DNA of 64,000 bases, taken from positions 467,232,001 through 467,296,000 of the forward strand of contig NC_067401.1 of assembly GCF_016432865.1 (NCBI RefSeq), in the 5' to 3' direction. This document shows positions 38,192 through 50,954 of this stretch, piece by piece. The DNA comes from Antechinus flavipes (lineage: Eukaryota). Position numbers and translations under genes: made by a program. The notes beneath the pieces were generated by a model that was not told where the DNA came from, searched no databases, and saw nothing but the letters and a program-made list of their open reading frames with translations. Each line of letters opens with the position of its first letter. Within the stretch, counting starts at the first letter, position 1.

Positions 38192-38324
38192 NNNNNNNNN
38201 NNNNNNNNNNNNNNNNNNNNNNNNNNNNNNNNNNNNNNNNNNNNNNNNNNNNNNNNNNNNNNNNNNNNNNNNNNNNNNNNNNNNNNNNNNNNNNNNNNNN
38301 NNNNNNNNNNNNNNNNNNNNNNNN
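38192..38324. other. Assembly gap (133 N)
   Basis: N run. Confidence 1.
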
Positions 38325-39104
38325 AGCAAAAATTAATGACTGTATGGATTGCTGGGAGACAGAGATATATTATGATGGTCAACAGAACAGTGTTTCTCCT
38401 CAGGAGGCAGAAGGTAGGGTGCGGTTTACATACCCCTAAGGTATCACAGGCTTCCTTTGTTTTTGGGAAAACAGCTAAATAAACCTTCCTTAATTCCAGG
38501 CCAGTATTTGCCAGAGTGGAGAAGGAAAGCAGAGCTCCCAGAGAGATCAGAAAAAAGGCTTAGACATTAGATGTGGGCAGGCTAGAAACTGGATCCCTTG
38601 TGCTCGGTAATCTGTACCTCTGACTCTGCAAGAAGGTGCTTCTTACCACAGAGGCATTGTGGGAAAGATTGGGCTGTGCTAACTGACACTTAGATGGGAC
38701 AAAGGAAAGGGAAAACTGGTTGTGCAGTCCTGGGTCTTTCTCAATCTGTAGCCACAAATATTATATCATTTTTGCCTTTATTAGTAGCAATGTCGTTATC
38801 ACTACATACTGTTATGATTATTCTATAATATACATCAAGAAAACAATAGATTTATATAAATAAAATGTGAGAGGTTATGTGAGATTGACGTGACTTATAA
38901 TATATGGACCTGAGAATTAGAATTGAGTTCAAGAATACAATCTAGGCAATTCGAAGCCTATTTTGCCACAGAAGTGGTGTCTATCTACATATTTAGAGGT
39001 AATTTTCCCACTGGGGAAATCATAGGTTGGACCCCGAAACCCCTAATCACTAAGGGTATCCTTAAATTGGGTGAGATATGGCCAATTGTAAGAGTCTAAC
39101 CTGG

Positions 39105-39106
<2 letters not shown>

Positions 39107-39152
<46 letters not shown>
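39107..39152. repeat. (GT)23 microsatellite
   Basis: Perfect dinucleotide run. Confidence 0.95.
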
Positions 39153-39154
<2 letters not shown>

Positions 39155-39655
39155 GGTGTATAAGGGATTGAAAGAATCACTCCAGAATCTTGATACAGAT
39201 ATAATGTAACTCAATAGGTAAAAATCATTTATTAAGATCCAACATTGTAACTGAACAATAACAAGTAAGAATCAGGAGGAATGGGTTTATGTACTGACTT
39301 TGGATAAAGCTCATTTTTTTTTTTTGTCACCTGTGAAATAATCAAGACAGTCTCAATGATCTCCGTTTGATTCTATGACTACCACTAATTTAGATGTCAA
39401 AGATGATCTAAATGTAAGATATGAAAAAGAAGGGATGCTCTAAGAAATGAAGTTCTGGCAAAGCAATTTTTAAATTGTCCTGATGAGAAAGGAAAAAAAA
39501 AAAAAGGTTTCATTCATTGGTATGATTATATGGGAAGCTGATGAATTCAGACTTTAAAAATAATAAAGAAACATTGAAATAAGGTCATATAATAAAATGT
39601 GAATATGAAAAAGTAAAAAAAAAAAAAAAAAGACCCAACATTGTGTAAAGCATTA

Positions 39656-39810
39656 NNNNNNNNNNNNNNNNNNNNNNNNNNNNNNNNNNNNNNNNNNNNN
39701 NNNNNNNNNNNNNNNNNNNNNNNNNNNNNNNNNNNNNNNNNNNNNNNNNNNNNNNNNNNNNNNNNNNNNNNNNNNNNNNNNNNNNNNNNNNNNNNNNNNN
39801 NNNNNNNNNN
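39656..39810. other. Assembly gap (155 N)
   Basis: N run. Confidence 1.
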
Positions 39811-39931
39811 GCCTTGCATTTTCTTGAAGGATATAATTTGTGTAGAAACAAAATGTATGTATACAGATAGGTACATATGTATGTACCAATGAAAGATCTT
39901 AGCTAAAAAACACTAAGGTTTCTTTCCACTT

Positions 39932-40105
39932 CTGGGGCCATTTCCAGTCATCCTGATCTATATCTTGCCACTGGACCTAGATGGCTCTGGAGGGGAAAGT
40001 GAGGCAGGTGACCTTGCACAGCCCTCCCTCACTTAAATCCAATTCACTTGCCAGTTATAGAATCACGTTCCTGATGTCATGGTGCTTTAGAGAATGAAAA
40101 ATAAA
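39932..40105 (+). mobile_element. Marsupial RTE-related SINE/LINE 3' fragment (family not firmly assigned)
   Basis: GGGCCATTTCCAGTCATCCTGATCTATATCTTGCCACTGGACCTAGATGGCTCTGGAGG...CACTTAAATCCAATTCACTTG is recognised from memory as a common marsupial RTE-type 3' end. Confidence 0.55.
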
Positions 40106-40109
40106 CACG

Positions 40110-40276
40110 TGTAATGTTCTCTCTAAAATGTAATGTTCTCTGTTGAGGTTTTCTTGGGGTCTCTGGAGGCAGCCTTTGTTTCAGTTCAATAATCACCACA
40201 CTAGTAGCCAGGGGTTAAAGTCCAAATCCTTTACTGTCTCCTTCAAAGTCTTGTCTTCTTCACTTGGGGCTTGGCT

Positions 40277-40307
<31 letters not shown>

Positions 40308-40776
40308 CTGGAGGCCTATCTCTCTCCTTGATTCCAAGAGCTTGAGCTCCCTCCTGCCTTCTCTGGCTTCTAAATCTCCCTGACTCCCAAGGGTTTGTGC
40401 TTCGGCCTCCAGCCACATCAAAGGTGGAAGATGGAATGAATCTGTCTCAGCCTCCCGGAATTTCTAGTGCTCTTGTCCCTTCTGGCCCTGAAAGCTTCTC
40501 CCTTATATGCCCCACACTGAGTACAAACCAATCATCCTATCACTAGGAAACCATTATTTGTGGTAGGATTAAATCAATGCTAAACTCGATTTAACCATTG
40601 TTTCCTCAACAAACATAGTAACTTGTTTCAAGTTCTGGCCCATAACATCTCCTTGTAGGGTTAAATCACTCATACTAAACCATGCAAAATTAGATAACTA
40701 CGGTTTCTATCAATTCCACTGACTTAGCTCCTTGTAAGAATCCTTTGTTTCAAGTTCAGAGATTTGGCCCATAACA
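40110..40776 (-). mobile_element. Solo ERV LTR (family B) with an internal duplication near one end
   Basis: TG...CA termini; 6-bp TSD AACACG/AACATG (CpG transition). On the minus strand there is a TATA-like GCATATAAGG (~40500-40510) and AGTAAA at 40230-40235. The motif TTGTTTCAAGTTC...TGGCCCATAACA occurs twice (ending 40647 and 40776). Confidence 0.75.
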
Positions 40777-41678
40777 AACATGTATGTACACAGTTACATG
40801 TGGAAACATATTCACTCAGATTAGCAAATACACATATGAGAGAAGGGAAGAGGAGGGAAAGAAACAGAGGGGAGGGGAGGGAGGAGGGAAAAGAGGTGGA
40901 AAAAAGGAGAGGGGAGGGGATGAGAAGGGAGGGATGGGGAGAAATAGGATTTGGACCCAGATTTCTAATTTAGAGCCAGTGTTCATTCCACTGCATTGTT
41001 CCATAGAGAGGAAGCCTAGGGGCTGAGATTCCAACTGCCATTTCCCTTTTCCTCCTATACCACACTGCCTTTATTCTCTGGATCATTTCTCACGATCCTT
41101 TTTTTTTTTTCCTTGACTTAGATCAGAATTGATGTCCTTAGGAGAAGAACAATCTGATAGTTACAATTGTTATATCTGGGTAAATAAGAGGAACGTTCTA
41201 ACCAGATTCAGTCCATTCTACGAAAAGAACGTCAGTCACTGGGAAGGATGATAAAGTATTCATGATACAAGCTTTCTAACGTTGCATACTTCTATTTGTC
41301 CCCATCTCTCTAGTTCCTTTTCCAAGTCACACATCTGAAATGTGCAGAGATATTTTCCTCCATGTTATTTTAAGGCCAAAGTGTTTGCTTCCAAATAAAA
41401 ATGTTTATTTTATCAGAAAACCTCTTGGCTGTTAAGATGGTCAATATTTTCAAGATGCTTAGTATATGGTTCCTCCCACTGCTCTCAGAAGACAGCACAC
41501 AAGGTGCCAGGAATATCAAAAATTGGTTTGGCCAGTCAAAAATGCATACATTTTTATAGGTAAGATAGTGTTATGGAATTTTTTTTTCTTCTGATAACGT
41601 TCAGTGTTTCAAGGTGGCTGAGAAGTCCAAGGCTCCGAAGTGAACAATTTCCTCAGTCATCCCACAACTTCACCTACT

Positions 41679-41795
41679 TGATGCCAAACATCTGGACATT
41701 TAGAAACATCTGGGCATTCCGTGCCATGTAGACAAAACATATGTTCCGGATGACTGCCCGGATTTTTCCATTTTCATCCAGATGTTATGGCGTCA
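41679..41795. mobile_element. 117 bp MITE-like element with ~19 bp terminal inverted repeats
   Basis: Left end TGATGCCAAACATCTGGA versus reverse complement of the right end TGACGCCATAACATCTGGA; subterminal AAACATCTGGGCA / AAAAATCCGGGCA. No TSD seen. Confidence 0.5.
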
Positions 41796-44354
41796 TATAT
41801 AGAGAAATCAATTTTTCACTTGCCCATGGAAACAAGCTGAAAACAGGAATACTCCTGGAGAGTTTTCCTTAGTTTTACCTAGAATATAATAAGATACTGA
41901 TGCTCTATGGAAGCTAAATGGCATACTGTTCACTTCATTAAAACGAGGGTGAAACATCCCAGAAAAGAGATGAGAAAATCCAGTCCTTTCCATATTTCTT
42001 CACAGAACTAACTCTCTGTCTCTCTCTTTGTCTTTATCTGTGAATATGAATAGGAAAATAAATATGTACTATCTACTTTATGCTGAACAAATCTTTTTTT
42101 TTTCTCTTTATTCTTTATTCTTTAAAAAAAAAAACAGTTCAAGGAATAAAAGAATTGACTGGGATATATTTATGAATAAAGGTAAGAAAAAAAGTATCAA
42201 TTAAAATGAATTTTCTTTAAAAATGAACCAGATGGTCTTTAAGGTCTCTTCTTGCTTTAAATCTAAGATTGGATGATATTCAGAAAGTGATTATTGCTTT
42301 TGAAATGTTTCCCACCTAGCACACACAAAACCCATCTGATAAGTTTTAATTAAAAAGGGAAAAAAAAAATTCTTATACCATTCGGATGAAACTAGGTACA
42401 CAACTCTATCAATTAGATTGTCTTTATTCCCAGAATTGGTGTTTTTTGTTTTCTTAATAAGATTAGCAACTTCAGTTCCAAGGATCCCACACACACACCT
42501 TTTTTTAGAATCTAGTTTACAAAAGGAAAGAGCTGTCTGACCCTTTTCCTCTTCTTCTTGAAACCTGCACTGGAATTTGCTCTGATCGTGTTTTCTTTAA
42601 AGAATTCATGTGGTTATCGGGGACCCTCCACCTTCTCTGCCATCACCATGACAACCAGCTATTTACCAGACCTAACAGTCAGGGCAGACAACAATGCATC
42701 CCTTCAGCTGGAGGCCTGAGCATAACTTTCAGTGCATAAGCTAGTATTTAATGAGATTCAACTTTGAACCTTTGTATGAGTGTATGGATGTTTAAGAAAA
42801 GCAACAACAAAAACAAACCAACCAACTAAAAAATGAGAAGTGGTCAATTCGGCAGTAAGGATGCTGACTCAGTAGGATGACAAACTTCTTATTGAGTCTG
42901 GTTTTTAACCTGCTGTGCAGAGCTCAGTTCCATTATGTATGTGCTTGTTTGTGTGTGAATGAATGTGCACACTATTGTGTTTGGCTGTGAAACTGAGTAG
43001 AAAACAGGAAACAAATAGAAAATGCCACCTGATCTAGGCAATATAGCTAGGAGATTTGTATCTGTCCCTTAAAAGGAAGTCTAAATTCATCTGGATAACT
43101 GTCTGTGATCATGTGTGTCTTGTCACATAGGGCTAAAAGTTTTGAGTTGAAAGAGACTTTAGAGATCTTTAGCCCAAATGGTTTTACAAATGAGGAAACT
43201 GAGGTCCAGAGAAGATAAGTCAAGTTCATATAGGGTCATTGGATCACAAAGGTAGACTGGAGAAGAACTTGGAGGACATTTAGTCACAAGATGAATGAAT
43301 GGATTGTTGGTCAAATGAAAAAGCATTAATTAAGTGCTTATCATATACCAAACAGTATAGTGAGACTGGGGTAAAAAATGTAGAAACAAGAAAATATCTT
43401 TCCTCAAGGAGTTTATTTTTTAATCAAGACCCATGAGGGAATCAGGGAGGGGCACTTGGTCCAAAAATGTACAGGGATGGAAAATAGAGTCACAGAGGAA
43501 TAGACTGAACTATGCAATCTGCAAGCAATGGTATAGTTGATAGGATCATAGTTCATGATTCCAGAATTGGGAAAGTAGGGTAAAAGAATAAAACATAAAC
43601 CCTTTGCATTGAGGGAGTTGATAAGGAAACTGTGAAGGAGATGATCAGAGAGGAAGAGATAAAGCAAAAAGCTTTCTGGAAATAATATTCAGAAAGACAC
43701 AGTCACCAATCAAGACAGTTAAACTCCAGGGTCAAAGTCCCTCCCTTACTATTTGCTGTTTCTGACAAATTTGACAAGGTGATTGGCAAAGAGATTCTGA
43801 AGAAGTTGATTGAGAAGGCAAGGGTCATTGGATCATGGATTTAGAGCCACCCAGTACAGTCTCTTCATTTTAAAAATGAGGAAAGTAAGGAACTGATTAA
43901 GTTACCTGCTCAGCTACTTGGTGGCTGAGGATTCGAACTGAAGCACTACTGACTCCTAGTACGGTCTCCCATTTATTAAGCATTCAGCCTTTCACCCCTT
44001 AATTTTTCTAGTTAAGAAGTCGAAGCCAACTTGTACAGTGTCATGTAGGCAATACAAAGAAAAATCAAAATTAGAACATAGATTTGCTGGCTTCAAGTCC
44101 AGCACCTTGGCCAGCTGTGGGCACATTACATCTCAGATACTGGACAAAATGGCCTATACTAAATTTATGACCCTGAGTCTTAATTATCCAATCTTTTGAA
44201 TGGAACAGGTATTACAATCATATATTAAATCTTCATCTCATGGAAGTTCTGCAGGAGTAACTTCTTGTTCTACTACAACTTATTGTCTTCCTCAAATTAC
44301 CTAAATTCCCAGTGAAGGGGGAGTGAAACTGTGTTCCCTTTAAAATTTTCACTC

Positions 44355-44854
44355 TGAAATTATGTCCCCTTTGAAGAAGAGATCAGGGTTTCCCCAGGCT
44401 CTAAGGAGTCTAGAGAGAGGGCCCATCCTTCCAGGATGAGAGAAGCAACACTATTCAAGGACAAATCAACTTCGATTGATCGTCTGGAAAAGTCACATCC
44501 TTATTCAGGGAATTCTAAATTTTCATTCAGTTGAGAAATTCTGGTCTGATCAGCTCAGGCTGTCCCAGCCCCCCACCAAGAGATACCCATATAACAGGTT
44601 TTCTTTTACTCATTTCTTTGCAGAAGGTCCAAAGCAGCTTGCTTAGCTGCTAGGACCCTGCCTAATGAGAAGGCATTCTCTTCTCAGTGCCAGCCTCCAT
44701 TTCCCTAATAGGACTTTGCCACTAAAGAAGTCAGTCTCTTAGCAAAACTGGCTTCCTATCCAACAATAAACTTCCATTTTTGCCAATTAATATTTTAGGT
44801 CTGTGAATTCCTTCACGAAGAACCTGAGCCTCTGACCAAAAGGGGATTTCTACA
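44355..44854 (+). mobile_element. Solo ERV LTR (family C; 4-bp TSD, ERV1-like)
   Basis: TG...CA termini; 4-bp TSD ACTC/ACTC; CCATATAAC TATA-like motif near 44590; AATAAA at 44765-44770 followed by a U5-like T-rich segment. Confidence 0.75.
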
Positions 44855-45589
44855 ACTCTCTAATGGCCACTAACCTCATCATCAGTGTTTTCATTGGATA
44901 CCTTGGCTTCCTAGCATCTGGCTTCATTCTGGTTTTCTTTATTGGAGTCTATCCTACTTTGTTTCTTTTGTTACTCTTGGTTAGATTCAGCTACTATCTT
45001 ATTCCAGCCTACAGGTTTCCTCAATATTGATGCAAATTTAAATATTATGTAAACATTTACATAACATTACCATTCCTAATACAAGTAATACCAGGTAATA
45101 TCTGATAAACTCGGGGCATATTTTAAGAGAACCAAGGAACAAAACTAATAATCAGGACCCAGAATAGGAAAAGGTAATTACTCTGAGAGGAAGCTGAGTC
45201 AGGAACACACATGGTTAAGTATTACAGTGGTAGAAAAAATAGAAATTTATTTAAAGTCAGTTATTAATTTAATTACTTAAAATTAATTTTAAAAAGAAAA
45301 AAAAATGTCAGTAATCAGAATATCTGAGCACAAATCCTGTTTCGGCCACTTACTAGCAATCTGACCTTGGGCATGTTGACTTCAACTTTAAATCCCTTTC
45401 AACTCTCTAAAAAGTAGAGGGATAAGGAAAGGCTTTCTTTGAGAGGGAGGAAGTCATCTTCAGAGGCAGAGTTGGTCAAGGAGGCATCACAGGCTTAGAA
45501 AACCAGAGGCAAAGGCAAGGGGACAGGATATGAAATTTGAACAAAACCAAACAGCTAGTAGACTGTTTAATCAGAATAGTGAGTGTACA

Positions 45590-46330
45590 AATAGGAGTCA
45601 TGTGAAATAAGGGAAAGGTGACATATAATAGGTGGCTTTCAATTTCAGGTTGAGGATTTTTTTTTTTAACATTTTAACAGAAATAGGTAAACACTGAAAC
45701 TTCCTGAATAAGGGCCTGAAACAGTCAGATCTTCTTTTTAGGTCCTTTAAGTTGGCAGCTATGAAAAGAAGATTGGAAAGGGAAAAGATTAAAGGTGAAG
45801 AGACCCTTTAGGAAGCTAGTGTCCTGGTTTCAGTCAGAGATAAAGATGTCTCAGATTACAATTAGAAAGAACCACTCAAGAAGCAGCAGTCAATCAATAC
45901 ACGTTTATTAAGTGCCTACTATGAGTCAGGCACTATGCTAAGCATTGGCATGTAATAGAAATATTCTTGATCATAATTAGTGACTGACTGGATGTGGGGG
46001 TGATGGAGAAGCAAATGTTAAGGATAACTCCAAAGTAATAAACCTGGGAAGCTGAAAAAATGGTGATAGTCTTGACAGAAATCAGTAAATCAAGAAGAAG
46101 GGTGGCTTTGGGGGAACTGTAATAATTTCTGTTTTAGATATGTTGAGTTTTTGATGGGCCATCCAAATAGATATATCCAGCAGAGAGACGGAGATGAGGC
46201 CTTGGAACTTGAAAAAAACAATTAGTGCTGAATAGGTATAAAATAGTTATCTGCACAAAAGTGATAACTAATTATCCTGATGAAAACACCCAACATGCAG
46301 TTGGGAACATGGGATGGGGACTTAGCAATG
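45590..46330 (-). mobile_element. L2 LINE fragment(s)
   Basis: Purine-rich L2-like body (GACTGGATGTGGGGGTGATGGAGAAG...TAATTTCTGTTTTAGATATGTTGAGTTT) with an L2 tail copy at ~45890-45950. Confidence 0.6.
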
Positions 46331-46559
46331 AGAACATGAAAAACCAGAATAGCCAGGGAAGCAGGTTGATTGATCTACAATGTCAGAAAGCAACAGTCAT
46401 AGTCCATTACTGCCCTAGACAGAATACCACCTTCCCCCATTCTGAAGAGAGGCAGCAGAGAAGGGGATCCCATCTTTGGCCAGATGGTTAAGTCGTTATC
46501 AGGTGATGGCAGGTTTGTCTATGTTGGAATGACAATGAAAAAGGCAGATGGATGGAATT

Positions 46560-47340
46560 TCTCTTTGGCTCCAGCTGATGGTTCTGAGCACTGAGGTTAT
46601 TTTTGTGAGCTTCTCTACTGAATGGAAACCATTTTCCAAAGTCAACAGTGATCTCTAAATCACCCATCTCATGTCCTGTTCTCAATACTTATTCTCAATC
46701 TCTTTGTACACTCTGACATGGTTGATCACCCTTTTCTTCTAGATACTCTTTTTTTTTTCAGTATACTTTTTTCCTTTGTTTTTGGAGGTGGGTGGGGGGA
46801 GAGACCCTGCATATACAGGTCTCATAATCTTATACGTAATAGCATGATTGCTCAATTACTTGACACAAGGTTCTTCCTGTTGCATCACTCCTCCATTCTG
46901 CTATCAAAAGGATGCTCCTAAAGCAGAAATCTGCCCATGTCATGTCTTGTTTGAATAACTTCCATTGGCCCTCTATTTCCCTCTGGTTTTTAAAGCCTTT
47001 CATCAATGACACTCTTTCTATCTTGACAATCTCCCTATACTTTCTTCCCCTTCACCCACCTAATGATCAGAGGAACCACTGGCCTATGGTTTTTCACACC
47101 CCAAGGATTTTCCCTGGTCTTCATTTTCCTCTGCCTGAAAGCTTCTCCTCCTTGCCTCTACCTCCTGATTTTCTTGGCTTCCTTCAAGTCCCAGCTAAAA
47201 TCTCACCTTCTATGAGAAACCTTTTCTGTCTCACTTTAATGCTAGCGTATTCCCTCTGAGATTACGCCCTTGATTTATCTGATAAAAGTCTTGTTTATAC
47301 ACTATCATCCACATACTTTCTCCTTACTACACTGGGAGCT
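46560..47340 (+). mobile_element. L2 LINE fragment
   Basis: RT-region remnant (CTCTGACATGGTTGATCACCCTTTTCTTCTAGATACTCT, corresponding to FDTVDH.LLL.TL) and L2 3' region (TCCTTCAAGTCCCAGCTAAAATCTCACCTTCT). Confidence 0.65.
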
Positions 47341-49199
47341 TTGGAAATCAAGGCACATTTTGATCTCAAACAGGGGCTGGATGAGCACTTGTCAACGGTG
47401 ATGTTTGGGCAAGTGTGGGGCTGACTTGGATTCATGGAAATCCCTTTTAACTCCTACAATCTGTGATTTTTAAAGGAGGAGCAAGACAATCAAGAGATTT
47501 TTAAAGCACAGAGGGAAAAATATAGGATTTCATTAATACTTAATGAGAATTTGAAGGGGACAGGTGGGAAATAAGCATTTGTCAAATACCTACTTTGTGT
47601 AGGGCACTGGGCTAAGCATATGTATGGCTAGTTTAGGAGGGGCTTTAAGAGGCAAATTAATGGTTTTACATTGGATCCTGGAGAAAATAGAGAGTCAGTA
47701 GGAGGAAAAGGGGATGAATATCTCTAGCCTAAAAGTCCAAAGACTTTAAGCAATGATTTGGGGCCCTCTGTCAAATGCTTTTATTTCATTTTGAGCCTCA
47801 GTTTATCCAGCTGTGACTCATCTCCTTGGAAATAACATTGACCTCACTTACCACTAAGAGTTCTTGGGGGTGCAGAAAGAGATAACAGATGTGAGAGTAT
47901 TTTAAGGTAAAAGCACAAGATTCATGTAAGGTAGTATTATTAGTAAGGCATTATCCTGCACAGAACTGTTCTCTCAGTTTCCTCATGGGGACAATGAGGG
48001 GGGTTGGACTCAATGATCGATTCAGTCCCCACCCAGCACTTACATTCCATGATTCTATGTAATTATGAAATCCTTACTCAAAAAAGACCAGATATAACCC
48101 AGCTCTACTAAATGAAGGCACTGGCTTTATGCTAATAATGAACTTCCTTCAAAGCTCAGCTCAAGAGAAACTTCTTAGAGGAATCCTTCTTTGATCCCCC
48201 AAGGTCCAAGTGTCACCCCCTATAACAACTCCATTCCATAATAATAACAATATATTTGTACTTTTGATTCTTAGAACAACCCCATGAGATAGGTCAATGA
48301 ACAATAAAAAATTATTCATTGAACACTCACCCTCTGACGGGTCCTATGCTAAACAATAGGGATCCAGATAAAGACATATGGCCCATGTCCCCAGGAGGTC
48401 CCATTCTAATGGAGGCAGTACTTATTGGGGAAAGGGGACATTTCCAGAGAAGGAAGTTTTGTTCTGGGAGTCCCAAGGTTGCTGAATGGAGTGCAGTATG
48501 ACTGCACTCTCTTCCCAGAAGCAACACTAGTATTGATTTAATTATCGTACCTAAAGCAAGAGGCAGAAAACAAAAAAGGAGAGCACATGAATATCAACTG
48601 GATCAGTGGCAGGATACTCAGGTCAGAGAGCTGAAAGGAGTGAGAAGCACGGGCAGCTGGAAGGTGGGCTAGATATGGCAGGTGGCTGAGTTTCCAGTTA
48701 CTAATTTACCACCAGAGACAACTCTGCTCTAGAGTAGGAGTTCCAAAGCCAGATGGATTGACCTCTCTAAGACCAAAGACATGGTTTCTAGAGGTCTGTT
48801 CTCAAGGGTGGTGCTCTGGGAAATCTGCTATGTGTTGGAGGAGATGGAGTGCTGGCAGGAAAATTGGAGTCCAAATCTTGCCTTGGCATTTACCAGCTGT
48901 GTGACCTTGAGCAAATTTTCTGGACTTTAACTTTCACACTTATAAAATGAGGAGGCTGGATCAGATCATCTCCAAGTACTCTTTTAGCCTTGGATCTCTG
49001 ATGCTAGATGGACAGGAGCAGGACAGATGGCAAAATTGCCAGGATGAATGACTTGAAAGTATATGAATCAGGACCTGGTATGGAGTCTATAGTAGACTTA
49101 ACATTTAAGATTTAATTTAGATTTAATGGGCTAGGTGAATTTATGCTCACTATTCAAGAGAGCTCATACCCAAACTGGGAAAGGAAGGGAGAGATGGAA

Positions 49200-49430
49200 A
49201 TAATCATTAATGTAGCACACTACTATTGGGGTCAAGCACTTTTTATAAATATCATCTCATTTGATCTTCACAACAATCCTGGAAGGAGGTTCTATTACTA
49301 TCTCCACTTTATAGATGGGGAAACTAAGGCAAACAAGAATTGTACTTTCTCAAGGTCACATAGTTAATGAATGTCAAAGGCTACATTTGGACCCACGTCT
49401 TCCTTTCTCCAGGCCCAGTATTCCAGCCAC
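49200..49430 (-). mobile_element. MIR-family SINE
   Basis: Reverse MIR (ATCTCATTTGATCTTCACAACAATCCTGG...ATAGATGGGGAAACTAAGGC). A second reverse MIR follows at ~49690-49860. Confidence 0.7.
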
Positions 49431-50928
49431 AGAGTTGTTGAGTCATATTATGTGTGAGGTGTGTATCTATGTGTGTTTGTATGTATTTGTGTGTGTATAT
49501 AGATAAAAATATATAAAGATAGATGTGTGTATATATACACATACATATATATGTATGAGAACAAAAACATGTATTTATAGATACATATATGTATACATGT
49601 ATAAATAGATATACAAGTATATAAAGCATTCATATGTACACATATATTATAATATCAAGAGTTTCTATTAATGAGATAACATTTCTAATAATTTTTATAA
49701 ATATCTCATTTGTTTTTCACAACAACTCTGTGAAAGAGATAACCACTATTATTCCCATTTTACATTTGAGGAAACTGAGATTTAGCAGATTTATTGCCCA
49801 TCTATTAAGATTCAGGAATGGATTCCATCCCAGCTCTTCTTAACTCCATGTCCTGCCTCTACTGAGACAAGTCTAAGATGTAGAGCATTTGAGGGATCTT
49901 ATTATTTATATATTCTATTTATTTATCATTCTATCATATATCAGAAACCCTCTCTTCAGTTACTAAGTATACAGCTAACTCTGAGAAAAGTGAAAATTAG
50001 AAACTGTTTTCAATGATAAAGACAAAATATCTTTCCACTGATTTGAGTTGATCCCAGAGAATGCTGAATTCATGGGTCTGAAGACAATTTGTTAAGATGG
50101 CATTTGGCCAGAATACTAGGGCAAGCCCTGCTCCTTCACCCAGGTTGCCATGGAGATTTTAATGGGGGAAGATTAACCAAAATGATACCATCACTTTCTT
50201 CCCTTAAGGTCCTCATCTGGGTCACTGATGGTGGATTTTCTTGCAGATTTTGGGAAAACTGCCCAAGTGATAAGACAGTAGGAGCTCCGAGTTTTTCAAA
50301 TGAAAGAAAATTCAATTTCTTCATTTATAAAAGCTCCGGCTCTGGAAACAGCATCTGGGAGGCCGAACAGTCTTCAAACAAAATTAAATGGGAGTCTGGC
50401 TCCAAGCCCGGGAATGTCACCAGCCGTCCCTTCTATTAAAACTGGCCACAAGAAGCAGCTCCCAAAGGGAGCAATGGAGGCAGAAGGAGTTCATAATGGT
50501 CAAACAGGCCCCGGGCTGAATAAAACATCTTTCCAGAAAAGTTGGCGAGGAATGGAACACAGGATATTTGCAGGAGTACCTCCTTTGGAACAAGTTTCCC
50601 AAGAGAGCAGAGGCTCTGAAACAAAAAGGCGATGACAAAAATGGCCATCTCAAAAGTTCCCTGAGAGGACTTGCTAAAGAATCAAGGCCCAGTAGGTGGC
50701 CTCTAAGGTAATGAGCCTCTCAGCAGTGACAGCCCTTAAGTAGGCATGGCGGTTTTTAGCTTGATCTCTGTGAATTATTTTCTTAAAATGTATATAATTG
50801 TATTTCAACATAATTGATTTTCTCTGTAAAATTATGTGTTTTATTTTACAAATTTGAAGGCATTTTGAGAAGGGGGTCCATAGGTTTTATTAGACTGCCA
50901 ATGAAATACATAAAATGCACATACACAT

Positions 50929-50954
50929 TACTACTACTACTACTACTACTACTA
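50929..50954. repeat. (TAC)n microsatellite
   Basis: Read directly from the sequence. Confidence 0.9.

Noticed and set aside
23283-39892. ORFs spanning the three N gaps
   Set aside because: They stay open only because N codons are not stops.
40141-40647. A separate 507 bp LTR with a 4-bp TCTC TSD
   Set aside because: The larger 40110-40776 boundaries give TG...CA with a better 6-bp TSD, and the leftover outer pieces would be too short for an LTR. It is retained only as an alternative in the findings.
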